The notes under the pieces were generated by a model. That model was not told the DNA's origin and did no database searches. It saw nothing but the letters and a program-made list of their open reading frames with translations. The position numbers and the translations under genes were made by a program. Source: Raillietiella orientalis (taxonomy: Eukaryota). Taken from it: a DNA stretch of 64,000 nt. Numbering within the stretch: position 1 is the stretch's first letter; each line of letters opens with the position of its first letter. The stretch covers positions 3,038,001 to 3,102,000 of the forward strand of contig JAYWIR010000022.1 of assembly GCA_036172245.1 (NCBI GenBank), in the 5' to 3' direction. Below are positions 1-13,227 of this stretch, piece by piece.

Positions 1-257
1 TTCCCTTCATCATTCAGATTCGCCATTTCGTGTGCATCCAGCAAAATAAGAATCAAGGAGTCAGGATCGGAGGGGGGGGGGGACAAGTGAAAAATGCGAT
101 CACAACTTCGGAAGTGAAAGCAGTACACACATACATGTGCTCACGTATGGTTGCAACTGTGTTCGGATTTATATACACGCACGCATGTTGCTGCCCATAA
201 TGCGGCCGTCCAGTTAAATTCCCCAGAGAAGTCATGCCTACCATCCAGTTTCACTGT

Positions 258-260
<3 letters not shown>

Positions 261-289
<29 letters not shown>
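261..289. repeat. (CA)n microsatellite
   Basis: About 14 uninterrupted CA units read directly from the sequence. Confidence 0.95.
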
Positions 290-291
<2 letters not shown>

Positions 292-979
292 TCATCAGTA
301 AAATTGAGGGAAAAATTAATTTTTTTTCTGCCTTGAATCTTGATCTGGCAACGAAGAAGGATTCCACTACAGAATTGTTTCCTAGGAATTACTCACCTTG
401 CAACACAAGCACGTGGGTCGAAAGCGCACAGGTCGCATTAGTGTACTGGCGCGACACAGCTGCACACGTGTGTGTGCATCACACGCGCGGGAAAATCACA
501 CCTGGACTTGCGTTCGTGTGCGCGCGTGCGTGCGTTCGCGCGCATAGTGCGTTGCCCCCCACCCCCCTGCACTTTGGCACATTTCGCATGCGGAAAAACG
601 TGTTAGGAAGAATCTGCGCATGAATCAGTGAAATTCCTGCTTCAATCCTGCAAGTTTCCCGAGTTCCAAGCGCGGAAGACGGAATGCCGCGTTCGCATCT
701 GTAGAAAAATATGGCTAATCCTTACTGTTTCGCGAGGAGCACGAATCTTCACAAACCAACTCGAACCATGAAGAAGAAAGAAGGCTCTCTTCCCCTCGTT
801 AGGCACGTGGGCGACCACTCTCTGAAAAACGGGACCCCCCTCCCCGCCGCGGCACACAATCTTAGCTCACTCCGATGATTTCTTGGAATCCGTGGATATC
901 CTGGCAGCGGAGGTGACATCACACAAAAAACGAGCCATTGTAGGCACCTTATTGCCGGTCATCTTCGATTACTGCGTCA

Positions 980-2078
980 CTTCCCGGCCTCTCCAGGGAA
1001 TCCGATTGCGGTTGAGGGATGTTCCGGTGTCGGAATTCGAGTCAAAAGTTTTGCGGGCCCGGAGTCAAGGGTGGCTTGTCCGTAGTTTCCGGAAAGACTC
1101 CCTTCCCTCTTGGGTGGTAACTCCGCCGCGCGGTCGATCCGGAGCGGTGGTCGGAGCTTCCCCCCCTTCCTCCCCCTCCCCCACCCATCCACCTGCCTCC
1201 CCGCCTCGTTTGTGCAGCCGAAAGCGCTTCCTGCGTGTTCCCCCTTTCGAACACGGGTGGAACGAAAGGAAAGAGCGCGTTTCGTCCGGCCGAATCGAGG
1301 AAAGTTCCGGAGTCTCCTCTTGGAAACGGGAAAGCGCGTCCGACCACGGAGAGTGCGCCCACTGCATTTTCCGTGGGTAGCGGCCCCGAGGCGTTCCTTC
1401 ATCGGGTGTCACCTACGCGGGTGGCGAGAACACGCCGACGGCCTCTCTACCTCATCTGCCAGCCCTGATTTCCGAGACACTTTTCGCATCTGTACCACTA
1501 GAGACGAAGGTCAGTTCACGTGGTGGCAGAGCGTGTTTTTTTTTTTTTTGTTGTTGTTGTTTTTTTTTCTCTCTCGTCTGTCTATCTGCCTTTCTGCCCA
1601 GCACTTAAGGGAGCGCTCCCGAAGCGCCCGTGCATCCGGAGGTCCGAGTGGCACGCATACGGTGGCAAACTTTGCACCCGCGTCCGCGCCGCAGGTTTCG
1701 AAAAAAAAAAAAAAATCCTCCTGTGCATGCACCGGAACACCACGGACTCATTTTCGCCACGGCAGCCGAGCATCGGTCGTCTCTGGGCAGACCGCCCTTC
1801 GTTTTTTTCCTTCCCCTGCCCCACTGTTCGACTCATCTTCCTGCCCGCAATCCTCGTCACAACAGGATGCAGAGGGCTCCCTCCAGCGGACAGTGTTCCC
1901 TTCCCTAACCCTCCCAATTTCTCGTACACATTTTCCCTTGTTTTCACTTTTAATTTTGTTTGCCCCCTTCCCCGCCTCCGCTGCCGAGGCGAACCTCGCC
2001 GGCCCGGCCACTCGGCACGTTCCGAACGCTTTCGGTATTTCACCCGCATTTTATAACAAACGGCCTGGTTATACCACC
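980..2078 (+). mobile_element. Internally deleted L1/Tx1-like LINE remnant (APE endonuclease fragment plus 3' UTR)
   Basis: ORF 883-1380 has GRSGAVV, SSGRIEE and SDH, resembling the APE motifs GGVA, SRID and SDH. The 3' part (cccttccccgcctccgctgccgaggcgaacctcgccggcc, ~1965-2004) matches the 3' UTR of the minus-strand copy at ~16020-16060 (ccccttcccctgcgctgccgaggcgagccccgccggtc). Confidence 0.55.
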
Positions 2079-2104
2079 CGGCGCTACCTGGTGGTATAAC
2101 CAGG
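2064..2104. repeat. Perfect 15-bp inverted repeat with 11-nt loop
   Basis: cctggttataccacc (2064-2078) and ggtggtataaccagg (2090-2104) are exact reverse complements. Confidence 0.95.
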
Positions 2105-3249
2105 ACAGGGCAATGCCGCGTGTGTGCTTGGGAGCGCCGAAACGTTTCCTCTTCCCGCGAACACCCTTTTCCGTGAGGTGCTCTCACGGGTTTCGTAGGG
2201 CAAGGAAAACAAAACGAAATGCAATAAAATAAAGCAAACGGAAAACCTGCCCAGAAGGGGAAGCACCTCTTCCTTGTTTCCCCTTTTCCTCTTCACCCGA
2301 TCCGGAAATGCCAAGAAACTGCCTTCCTGGAGCGTGCGGAGGGGAGGCCGAAAGGGCGAGCACGCCACCACCAAGGGGAGCTGGGGCACAGGGGTCTCTC
2401 TGTTCGTCAGAGGAAGGGCAGCGCCCCCTCCCCCCGGTCCCCCTCGCAGCTTGATTTTTTTTTTTTTTCTTTCCGGTTTGTTCGTTTGCGGGGCAGACGC
2501 ACCGAGCCGGAAGAGAAGCGGTCGAAACATACGTGGAAGAGGAGTTCCCGGAGAAACGGCAAACACTCGATCGGGACCGCGCCGCCGCCGAAACTTTCAT
2601 CTCTGGAGCGACAGGTGGACACTTCGAAAGGATTCGCACGTCTGTCTCGTCGTCGCCACGGAAAGCCAAACGAAACAAAAGAAAACACGCGCGCGCGCGC
2701 GCGCACACACGCACACGCAAAATACCTGAGTTCGAAACTGGTGGGCATGGTACATGGAATGGAGCACCAGTGACTCCAGCACTTGAGAGAAGACTGGCGC
2801 AACACAGGGAAACACACAAACCTTCGCTCGCTCGCGGTTGTTTCCATTCGCTTAAAGCTTTTTATTCTCATCTCGAATGCCTGGAGGCTGCTTTTTTTAT
2901 CTTTTTATTCATTTTTTTTTGCGTACGTGCGAGAACGTAAAGTTGTACCCAGCACCGCTGGGCTTCACACCCATTCACTCCGCCTCGGCTCATTTTCCTT
3001 TTTTTGCGAAAAGAGTGCGCGCGCGCGAGCGCGCGTTGGGGCTCTCTGTCCCCGGAGGGTGGGAGGAGGAAAGCCGGGGGGAGCTGAACGCCGGAAAGTC
3101 CGGCGTTCGGTCGGCCCTAGCCCCCGTCCCCCCTTCCGGACGAGCTTCCGGGTTGGTCGCGGCGAGCCCGAGTGGCGCGGGGACGCGCGCGTCACGCAGA
3201 GCTGGCGTTCCCGGACGGGTGCTCGGGAGACGGGATTTTTCCTTTCACC

Positions 3250-6200
3250 TCTTTTCACCCAGCGAGGACCCCCCCCGAGGTACTCCCTGCAGGAGATGTG
3301 GCGGAAGCATCCGTCCGACGGACCGATCGCAGCGGCGGCGAAAAATCCCGCTTCCAGTGGCCAGGTGCAAGACCGGCGGGCGAGCATCCGGAAAGAAGAG
3401 ACCCCACCGTGGAAATAGGCGTGACCTATTTTTGAAATCGACGGGCGCGAAGGGAGAGTGATAGAGAGAGGGGGGGGGAGGGTTTTTCCGATAACCTTTG
3501 AGTTCACGGTCAAGAAAAAGCCGCTCTCCGTGCTGCGAGGGCGAGCCGAGCAGGTGAAATGTGCCGGGGGAACGTGACCGCCCCGTGCCCGCTCGGAAGT
3601 TGGCGTCCCCCACCCTTAAGTGCCCTCGTCCGGAGCATCCCGGAACGCCGTGGATTGGTGGCGGGGCGGCGTTATCCACGGCTTCCTCCTCCTCCACCTC
3701 CTCCTCCTCTTCTTCGTATTGTGCAAACATTGCGAAATCCTCCTCGCTCGACGGAGGGGCCGCTGTGGGACGGTTCGACCGGACACCCACGTCCACGTCG
3801 GGCGGTGCGAGAGCGAAGGAGGGTGGGCGCTCGCTACTGCTGCGCGCGCGTGCGCAGTCCCAGGGGGGCGCGCTCGGACTCTTCTGTCCAGGGGAGAATG
3901 CAGTCGGCGCGCGCGCACCCCCATGGTGACTTCGCGGTGCTGGCGCGGTCCGCTTGGCTGTCGTCCTCCCAGCTAGAGGAACCACACCTCGGACCGCACC
4001 GCGGGAAGGTACCTACCGAGCCTGGGGCGAGACGGAGGCTTCTCCGTGGGTCAAGCCATCTCTCGGGACACCCTCTCCTCCGTCTGGGCGCGGAGAGCCG
4101 CTTCACCGCCTGGGGCCGGCAAACGACTGGATTCCCGCGAACAGCCTGTCCCCGGAGCGGACTCCTTTCTTGGTCCTGGTCATCCTGGACCTCCTGGAGT
4201 GCTTAAGGAGGGGAGGAGACCGGTCCGCTGCCTCTCGGTAGGCAACGGACGTCGTCCAGGAGAGGGCTGCGCAGCAACCGTCGGCTCTCCCGAGGTCCCG
4301 GGTGTTCCCCCAAACGGAGAGGCAGGTGACGGGGGAACCGGAAATCCCGCGGCCTCGCCTGGACTGAAGTTGCCTGTAGTGTCCAGCATCACAGCGACGT
4401 GGGGAGCAGATCCAGAGGTCGAAGGAATGGTTCCAAGACCCGGAAAGAGGGGAACGCGGGTCCCACTCGATGCGGGCGCGGAGGGGGGGGGGGTTCCTGG
4501 AAACGGTGCGGCAATTCCTCTGGAAGTGTGCGGAGAACGCCCGCTAAGGATCCCGGTCCTTCGTCGCACGCAGTCCCTCCGTTCGCCCGAGAGAGCATCC
4601 TACGCCCGCCTGCGCGAAGGTGGAATGCCCGAAACCAGCGGTTCCGCGTGAGCTCTCGGAGACGTCAGCTGGGGACGCCAGAAGACCGGCTGGAGGTCTT
4701 GGAAAGGCCCTGAATTCGGCTGTGCTCCAGAGCCGTTCCATGAGAATTTGGAAGAAACGGAGAGAGAGAGGAAGGAAGGAAAGGAAAGGATGCTGCTCTA
4801 TGGTGCCAGCTGAGCTGCTGCGAAAGAGGTCTCTCCCCTTTTCGCGGAACAGACTGTTCTCTCTTCTCCCCCTCTCGCGTGGCATTCGTGACCGCGAACG
4901 GGTCACTCCCGAACGGCGGTCCGTCTCCCCCGATCGACGGACGGACGTGGGGAACGGGCACCGCGTCGAGTCAGCCTAGGGACACCTGGCCGTCTCGGGC
5001 AGAGGGATCGGTCCCGCTTCGCTGGAGGCGCTCGGAGCAGGAAACGAGCGACCTCCCGCACGCCTTTCGCTGGATCTTCGCCATGCCTGGAAGGTGCCTT
5101 CCGGAAGAATCGGTCTTGGGTTCATTCCTCCAAGGAACTGACCCCATTTCCTTTCACCTCTTTTCAGTTTCGTGATTTGTATGGTCTGGAAGAGCGCTTT
5201 CCGTTCCCTTCCAGCCCTTCCTTTCCCCCCCTTTTCCTCCTCCTTCCCTTCCCTCTCCCATTTCCCAGATCCCAAGATGCGCAAATTCTCCGACGTTCTT
5301 CCCCGGAATTCTGGAGATAGAGTCCCGAAAACAGGACGCTGAACGCTTCTTCCCGCGGGAGATCGCCTGGGGGGCGCGCGCACCGCGAGAGACTTCGCCG
5401 CTTCCACGCTTTCTGTGTATCGCTTCTGCGTCCGGCCTTCGAGGTCCGGTGCATTCCGCAGCACCGGCGTGCTTTATAGCAGTGACCGAGCGAGTTGTTC
5501 CCTCTCTGGAGAGTGGGCGGACGGACGGGAAGGCAGCGACCCCTTCCAAAAGGAGCAGACGGGGCCGAACCAGTGTCCGCTGATCCCGCTTTCCTCGAAG
5601 GGAGTGCGGTGGGCAGCACTTGACCAGAGACAGTAATGGAACCCGGCTTGGAAGCCGGGCCATCGACGGGACCGGGAAAGACTCGCGCTCCGTTCTTTCG
5701 ACCTCGGACCATCAGCAGCCCTCAAGCCGCATGCACAGGAAAGGAACGTACCAGAGGACAGTGTTTTGTCCGCCCGCTCATATCTTTTTTTGCCCTTCAC
5801 TTGGCTCTCCTTCATGGATGGAGAGGGGGCGGTCCAGGAGTCGGAGAGGCGCCAAGGGCACGCAGGGAGCCGACTCTCCAGAGGCAAATGTTTGCTCGGA
5901 GATGCAGCAGCATCGGAATCGCTTTTGCTTCTGCGAAAAAGTGCTGCTTCTGTGTCGGCTTTCTTAGGGGAAGAAAGGGAGGGGGAGGGAGGAGTAAACA
6001 AACAAACTCTTCGGGGGAATGCTCTCTCCTGAGTCCACCCTGACATCCGAGTTTTTCCACAGCCACATTCCAGTGACTGGTCTGTTCTCGTGGGGCATTT
6101 CGAGGGTGACCTCTTTCCAATCCGAGCTGCAGGTGTCACGTAGTGTCCCCCCCCCTTCCCAATCCTCCCACTCGCTGGTTCGCTTGCCGCCAGCGGTGCC

Positions 6201-7900
6201 ATGGCAGGAGTCTTCACATTTCGGCACGTTGCCTGAACGTCGGTCGCTGCCCGGGAGTGCTCGTCTACCGGTTGGCTCTTGTTCAGCTCCCTGTTCATCC
6301 CGTGCTAAGCCGCCAGCCCCTGTTCCGTCCTTGCAGGAGGGGAGGGGGGGAAGGGGTATAAGCGGAGACAGAGACCGCTTCCCCGTCCCTCTCCGTCCCG
6401 AGAAATCCGAACCCCTTCTGGAATTTGGCTTCCACTCGGCGTTGCAGCTCCTTGAACCAGACGACACTTCGATAGCCTTGGACCGCCCAAGTTCCTGAGC
6501 ACCACTGGTTGCCTCTCGCCTCCCGTCTGTTTCCTGATCCCGTCGAAGGATCTTCGAGCGTCTGTGCGGGATCGGTGTGGGCATTGATGGTGGGAGAGCT
6601 ACCACCCGAGGGACGGGAAGCCGCTTCGGTTGGCCGCGAGTGGCTCGCTCGTGGACGCACGGTAGCGCCTACCCAGCCATGGGAGGAAAGCGAAAGGCGT
6701 CTCCGAAAAAGAGGAGGTTCCTAAAACTGTGAGGGCAGAAAAGGAACAGTCGTGGAGGAGGGGGAGTTAAAATCTACGTGGAGCACTCGAAAACTCTTCT
6801 CCCTTCCCTTCTCCATCTCATCTTCCCGTTGCTGAGAATCATCCTTCTTGCTCGCTGCGGTCCGCGATGCTCTGGGACCGACGGAGGTGCACCCGCTGCT
6901 CCGAGGATTGCGCCATGAGGCACTCCAGCCCCCCTGTGGCTTCGCGCCTTTCCCGAAGCTCCCCCGCAGGCCGACGTCGCTTTCAGTAGGGGATCGGGAC
7001 TCCCTGTCAGAAGCGACGACGTCAGGTCCCTGGGTGGGAATGGCCTCCTCGGGAGCACGCTTTCGCGGCAAAGGCGGGATCTTTGGCGACACGGACCCTC
7101 GCCGCCTCTTGACACGTGGAACCCACGAGAGCGTGCGGACGCCTTGCCGTTGGACCTGTAGGTCGTGGTTGTCATCGGGGCCGCGGGCGCCTTGTTGCTT
7201 TCCTGGTGCTGCTCAAGGCCGATCAGGAGGATGAGGAACTGCCCGCACGTGGCTCGCTGCTCCTCCAGGGGTCGAGACAGAAGGAGTGCTCCACGGAATA
7301 GGCGACCCACGCAAGCCGGGAAGCAGCAGCCGACCCGCGAAGACGCCTGTCTCTGAGCGCGGACGCGAGAGCGCCTTCCTACTCGTGTGGCAACCGAAAG
7401 CAGCGCCAAGTCCCTGAACTGGTTGTCCGAATCGCGGCAACGGATGGTCTGGATGGCACGGTTCTCCAGCGCTGGGAGGACTTGGAAAGTGGGAAGGGAC
7501 GAGAGGGAGGCTGCAGTTTGGGGTCGCCATACCGGCTTCCGAGGCGAGACAGGGGATTGAGAGAGTCCAAGGGAAAGGAAAAGGAGGAGGAGAAGAGGCG
7601 TCCAGGTACTCGAAAAGAGAGCAGCTGGTTTGCGCTCGGGGGTCCTCTGCCCCGGGGCACAGCGAAGAGTTCGCATCAGTGCAACACGTTGCTTCGAAGA
7701 CCACGTGGCTCCGCAGGAAGCCACCACTTCGGAGATCGGAAAGGGGGAAGATCCACTGCCGGCAGGAGTGGATCCACGAAGACGCACCTGTGGTTCCGAA
7801 AAACATACCAGGGGGCACACAAGTCCCTTAGACTCCCAGCGCCTCGAAGTTCGAAGCTTCGCCATCTCTGGGAAACCGCGAGGTTCGAGAATTTCCTTGG
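3250..7900 (-). mobile_element. Decayed LINE 5' half (Pro/Ser-rich ORF1-like region, possible start of endonuclease)
   Basis: Minus frame ~5450-5720 reads GRKNGARVF...KPGSITVSGQ...CYK..CCGMHRTS, resembling the Tx1-type ORF1 pattern G..NG.R...P..I.V.G followed by a zinc knuckle. It lies directly downstream of the junction motif at 7911-7939. Boundaries are uncertain. Confidence 0.4.
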
Positions 7901-7910
7901 AAACCTGAAT

Positions 7911-8750
7911 CTTCGTCCAGTCACGCCGGGGTGTTTATTAATGAGAAATAAACCCTAAAACACACTGGTTCCCGACCAAAGACAAAAGAATTTCAGGGGG
8001 AGGGCCTGCCGTCATGCAGGTCGGGACACCTAAAAACAGGGAACAGAAGGAAAGGGAAAACAAATAAATAAACAAAGGGAGCATGGAGACAGGGTTTGCC
8101 GGTGTCGGCCGTTCCGTCTTTCTGGAACCGGCGAAGAACCACCGCAGCGGGTCGTGGGCGGTGTCCTCCTGGGTGCAGTAGCGTTGGAGTCAACCAGCCT
8201 CCGCCACAGTTCCTGGAGGACGCTGCAATCCAAGAGCAGATGCGGGTCGACTCCGTCGATCCTCACCTGGCACAGTTCGGGGATGCAACTCCCCCGGAAA
8301 AGAGGGTGCAGGCGTTCATTGCATTGGAGTTCCCAGTGCAGGAACATCAGCACCTCCCGGTTTCATGTCACAGGGAACACGGAAGAGTTCGAAAGCAAGG
8401 GAGGGACCACGAGTTCCTCGGAGGCGTCACTCAACAGTTCCGGCAACCGAAGGAGTCTTTTCGCCTGGATGCGCAGAGCGGCAGCATCCGCCAACTCGCG
8501 CGTATTCCAGTCGCCCAGAAGTTTCGTCTTTCCTGCGACGGTGCTGAAGAGCTCCCTCTTCTCGGTAAACAGCTGTCGTCGCTTGACTTCGGGGCAGACA
8601 GAGCTGCGGCGGCAGATGTGGCATCCAGGGTGGACAACTTAGTCGAGTGCTGCATCACTGTTTCCAGAGGATGGCTGGAAACCTGCAAGAGGAGCAACGG
8701 CGGGAGGAAGAGAACGATGGACGTTGCGCATCCAGAAGCGAGAAGCGTAG
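7911..8750 (-). mobile_element. LINE ORF2 C-terminal zinc-finger fragment plus 3' UTR
   Basis: EELVVPPLLSNSSVFPVT*NREVLMFLHWELQCNERL...C...HLLLDCSVLQELWRRL, then a T-rich UTR and AATAAA (7934-7939, minus). It is homologous to the copies at ~11070, ~11900 and ~16500. Confidence 0.75.
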
Positions 8751-8769
8751 ATGAGGACGTCGACAGATG

Positions 8770-11300
8770 GAATCCGTGAGGATAGAGGTCGCTCCTTCGA
8801 CCGGATTCCATCGTGCCGGTAACCCGCTGCGAATGGAGCAGGAAGACTCCCAAATTGGTTCGAAATTGGCTAAAGTGGGACGCGCTCAGCGATGGTGCCA
8901 ACTTGTAAGCGACAATCAAGGAAACCAAAAGTGTTCCGTCCTCCTTCTCGCCTCTGGCGCACTGTCTTTTCAGTTTGGAACTGCTTCCAGGTCGGTACCA
9001 TGGAACGGTACGGAGGATGAGACGCTGCTGCTTCTGTGTTTCTTTTAGCATAATTTGGACGAAGAGCAAGCGGGACATGGATTACCGGTTCAGGAAGGAT
9101 TCTGCGACCGAATCCTCTTCTATTCCTACCTTCTCTAGCGAAAGACGCGTCTCTTGGACATCTGGAAGGGATAGAGTTGCCAGACCGAAGCTCCTACGGG
9201 ACCACTCGAAAGGAGAAGGTCACCTTCAAGCAGATAGTGTTCACATGTGACCTCCGGCTCCGAGCGTTCAAAGAGAGGCGGTTTTTAAAGCTGGAAACTG
9301 ATAGTCCAATCTGACGATCCCAGAGGGCATCCTGGGTATCCTGCATCTTCGAGGCACTCCCTGCTTTTCTTTTCTGACACCCCCTTGCTTCTTGGGGGGT
9401 CCCTAACCACACGTCTTCGTTTCTCGGATCTTCGAGATCTCAGAGGTCCTGCAGCGGTTGTCCTTGCAATGATGGGCAGAGTCGGTCCTCCACCTCCCGT
9501 TCTTCCAGCTCGCCTCTTCCGACGCTGTCCGTAAGCGCCTTCTCGTAAGAGGGGGAGACGTCAGCATGCTGGAGCACGGAAACTGGTTTCCACTTTGGCT
9601 CTGCTTCCTGGACGGTTTTGGTTGAAGATCACCAGCTCCCATTGTTTCAAAGGTCAGACCTCTCGACCTGGGTCAGAAACTCGTCGTGTCTACCCGCATC
9701 CGTGGCCCGGCTGTTGAGAACATGACCCCATACGGTTCTTCCCATTCTCTTCACTTTCCTCGCAGGCGATGAAGCGGGCTCGTTGGCGCGACATCCGCAC
9801 GGGCTGGCGGTCCAGTCCTGCCTCGAGAACGAACCACCAGTGCGAGGCGTCTCCTCCCTTTCTTTCCTTGCAATCCCTTTGGAAACATTCCTGCGTGCGT
9901 GCAGCATTGGAGCAGAACACAAGCTTGAGCAATTGATCCAGCGGAACCAGGAACTGTTAAGCGGGAACGCGTCTCGTCCAGGCAGAAGACTCTGAGAGAG
10001 GGATCCGCCTGTTTCCAAGGAGATGCAAGTTTCCCAGGAGATCTCTCGGGTTGCGACTCGGACATTGGCAGAGCAGAAATTCCGACGCGTTCCGGAAGCG
10101 TCCGGCAAAGTTCCATCTTTGCCTCAGGAAACGCAAGTCGCTCGCGAATCCCGATGAGAAGTTTCTCAGGGAAGCTCGGAGGCAAACTGCCAAGTGTCCG
10201 TGGAAACCATCCTTCCCCAGAGGTTCGATGGTGTGCTGTCGCCGGCTGCGGCCTGTTGCATTCGGGGTACGTGATCAGCTGATAGGGAAAAAAGAGCCTC
10301 CAGGGTTCCTCTCCCCGGAACGAGCTGGCATCCGCGTGCCTTCGGGATAGCGTCGTCCCTTCGAAGGGAACCCACGAAAACACAGAACGAGCCAAGAGAT
10401 GCTCGGGAAGTCAAGAGGAGCTCCAGCAGAAAACGGGCTTGTAGGAGAAGGAGGATGGGAACCGCATGCGAACACGGGAGGCCGAGGAACTTTACCCACG
10501 CGACGCCAGCAGCCCGGACTAGGCCTTGCACCTTAGACCCTCCCGGGGATGAAGCGAACCGCCTTGGTTCCCCCTCCCCGCACCCTTCTCTCAGCTTACC
10601 CTGGAGCTTCGCCAGATTAGACGAAACTCTTGGCGCCATCAGGCACATCGCGGTAGCGGTGTTCCACCTGGACACGGTTCTGGAGGACGACGCTGGACGC
10701 GTTCTCTTCCTTCTCTCCACGGCAGGCCAAGTTTCGCTGCGTCTGAGATAGAAGAAGAACGGGGTCCTTCGAGCGAATGAGGAGGAGAACGCACAGCGGA
10801 GCGAACGAGTTCCTCTCGCGAGGAATTGCCGCTGGCGCTCCGAAACCGCCCACCCCCTACCCTTCCTGGACTCTGACGCGTTTGGCTGTCGACCCGGAAG
10901 GCGTAGACAGCTCAGCCAGATGGAGCTTCTGCGAAGTCATCCGGACGATTCCTGGAACGGTGGCGGTGGAGGAGGTGGGCAAGTGGGAAGGAACGTCCCT
11001 CGAGGATTCAATCCCCTGTGTGTGGTGGACACCTCCGTGTTCCTGCTCTGGTGGAAGAAGCAGGGATGTTCTGCCGTTTCTTCACTGGGGATTCCGGTGC
11101 AACCAGCGCAGACGCCTGGTTTCCGGGGGAGCTGCCTCTCCGAACTGTTCCAGGTGCGGGACGATGGAATCTCTACCGCACCTCCTAGTGGACTGCGGTG
11201 CCGCCGAGGACTTGTGACGGAGACTCCCTTCGGAGCTCCGTCAACCGCAGGACGCCGCATTGGACACGCCGCGACGCTTCTTCACCGGAGGCGGACTGAA
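8770..11300 (+). mobile_element. Decayed L1/Tx1-like ORF2 (RT and C-terminal zinc-finger remnants)
   Basis: SLSFLAIPLETFLRAC (~9855-9900) resembles RT LSPLLF.I.LEP.LR. RLGHWQSR lies at ~10055. FLHWGFRCNQRRRLVSGGAASPNCSRCGTMESLPHLLVDCGAAEDL* (11078-11217) is a zf-RVT-type CxxC...H...C motif. The 5' boundary is weak. Confidence 0.7.
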
Positions 11301-11312
11301 GAAGAGCGCTGT

Positions 11313-12800
11313 GATTTCACACCTGGGTGCGCAGGGGCGTTTATTTTGCTTAGGGAAAATAACGTTTACAGGAATCGATGGAGCCAAACGGCCCACCGAT
11401 TCCAATTATTACACTCAAAAAGGAGGGGGCGAGGTCAATCGCGTCCACGAAGGGGAAAAAAAAGGAAACAAAAATAGAAAAAAACGAAACAAACCATAAA
11501 AAACAATACAAAACTAACAAAAAAAATTAGTTGGGGGGGAGGGAAAGGATCACATTTCGTCGTGGGTGAGACGTTTTATCCGTTGAAGGATGCCTGCGAG
11601 TTCCTCCTTCTTCCCTTCCAGGTAGGACCACCTCGAAGCTATCCGCAGGAAGCGGATGGCGTGCAGGACAGCCCATCCTCCGCTCAGGCCTCTCTCGGCG
11701 TCGCACTTCGCCGCAACACCGCGGACGCAGCACAGCGCTGCGATTGCGGCTGCGGGCGTCATGGCGTCCCGCACGAAGAGGGGTCTCAAAAAGTCTCTGG
11801 GATCGTATACGGAGTGCGGAAGGGACACAGAGAAACGTTCCCACAGTTCCCGGAGACCGACACACTGCACTATGAGGTGGAGGAAGGTTTCCTTCTCTCC
11901 ACACCTGGCACACTTCGACGATGAGCTTACCCTCGTCCAGTGGTGCCGGCGCGTATTGCACTGGAGACCTCAGTGCAGTACCAGCTGCCATCGATTGCTG
12001 CCAATTGAGGGGAAGCAGCTCACTGTCCGGAATCACAGGGGGCACTTCGAACTCTTCGGGCTGAATGGAGAAGAGTTCGTCCCAACGTTCCAGTCCTTTG
12101 GACCGGTTGTTGCTGCTGTTGCGACAGCCAGTTGATGCGTAGTACAGCCAGCGATAGGCTTTCTGAGGGGCCGAGATCTCGCAGGAAACCTCCCACTTCG
12201 CCGGTAGGCAGGTGCCATGTAACTCGATAGCGAAGAACATCGCGACAGCGAAGGGGGTGGCTGCTGGGTAGGCTAGTACAAGTCAGCTTATTATCCCAAG
12301 CCTTCAATGTTCTTCCACTGTTCTTCTGAAACTCTTGGCAGAAGGTAATTTCTGGCAGCGGAGTCCGGGTGAGCTGGGCCCACATCCTCACTTTCTCCTC
12401 CGCCAGGCCGAAGTGTTCACAGGGAGGCATGAAATCCACGTGTTCGCTCTCTCCAGAGCAGCGACACACCGGAGTGGGAAGCCGCAAGATGGGAGGGGGC
12501 GGTGGCGGCACGCAAACAGGGTTGCGAGTCCTTCGCCACCGATCGCCAGCCAGGAGAGCAAATGTGCAGGGAAGCACCGATGGTTGGCCGGTACAGTTCT
12601 GTGCCATGGAGTTCAGTTCAGCCTTCTGAAGTTCAGTTGAACTTGAGAAGAGTGGCCCAAAGCTCCAAAGTCAGGAGTCCAAGTCCTCCGTCTGGACGAA
12701 GAGCGCACAAGTCTTTCACTCGGACCCGGGACCTCCCATTTCCCCTGGGGGCTTTTCGAAGGAGACCCTTCGTCCTTTTCACTACACCGGGGGAAGACCA
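11313..12800 (-). mobile_element. LINE ORF2 3' portion plus 3' UTR (best-preserved copy)
   Basis: DLCALRPDGGLGLLTLELWATLLKFN* (~12633-12712) matches the post-RT GGLG motif. QLVLH*GLQCNTRRHHWTRVSSSSKCARCGEKETFLHLIVQCVGLRELWERF (~11835-11990) and RFLRIASRWSYLEGKKEELAGILQRIKRL follow, then a T-rich UTR and AATAAA at 11340-11345. Confidence 0.8.
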
Positions 12801-12809
12801 GACACTATG

Positions 12810-13227
12810 ATCGCAACCATTTGCTGCATCCGCGTCACAGTGACGGACTGCTATGTGCTGGAGTCAGGTTTGCGGCGGAGGCCGCTAGCATGGCAGCAGC
12901 CCTCATGAAGACAGAAGCAAAGTGGCCTCATCTTCCAAAAGAAGTCGCCAGAGAGATCACCAGCGTCCAGAACCGCTTTTAGAAGGAATGGAACGTCTCG
13001 TACCAAAGACTCCTGTCCCCATTCTGCCATCTTTTTTATTTATTTATTGCCTCTTCCCTTCTTTCCTACTTTTGGGAATTCGGCCTGTGTGCCAGCTGTC
13101 ATCCCGGATGGATTTTGTTTTTGGCATTTCTCGTTTTTGAGAGATTCTTTTCTTCCCTTCTTCCTTGTAGTCTGTCTGTCTGTTTTTTTCCAAAATAAAC
13201 GTCCCAGCATGACCGGATGAAAACCCG
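12810..13227 (+). mobile_element. LINE extreme 3' end fragment
   Basis: LMKTEAKWPHL aligns with FLRIASRWSYL and FMRTASGWPHL of the other copies. The UTR resembles that at 7990-8130, and AATAAA at 13194-13199 is followed by the junction motif. Confidence 0.7.

Noticed and set aside
7880..7920. Hammerhead-like CTG(g)ACGA...CGAA after the junction motif
   Set aside because: The core is imperfect, the stems do not pair convincingly and it is not conserved in the other three copies.
11455..11526. A-rich tract as the poly(A) tail of the plus-strand LINE
   Set aside because: It is better explained as the T-rich 3' UTR of the adjacent minus-strand copy, whose AATAAA motif lies at 11340-11345.
8363..12635. 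TGA at four probable conserved Trp positions of LINE copies (8363-8365, 11215-11217, 11970-11972, 12633-12635), hinting at UGA=Trp
   Set aside because: The same copies carry frameshifts and other stops, paralogues keep TGG where they can be compared, and THOC6 uses TGA as a normal stop. TGG->TGA decay explains it.
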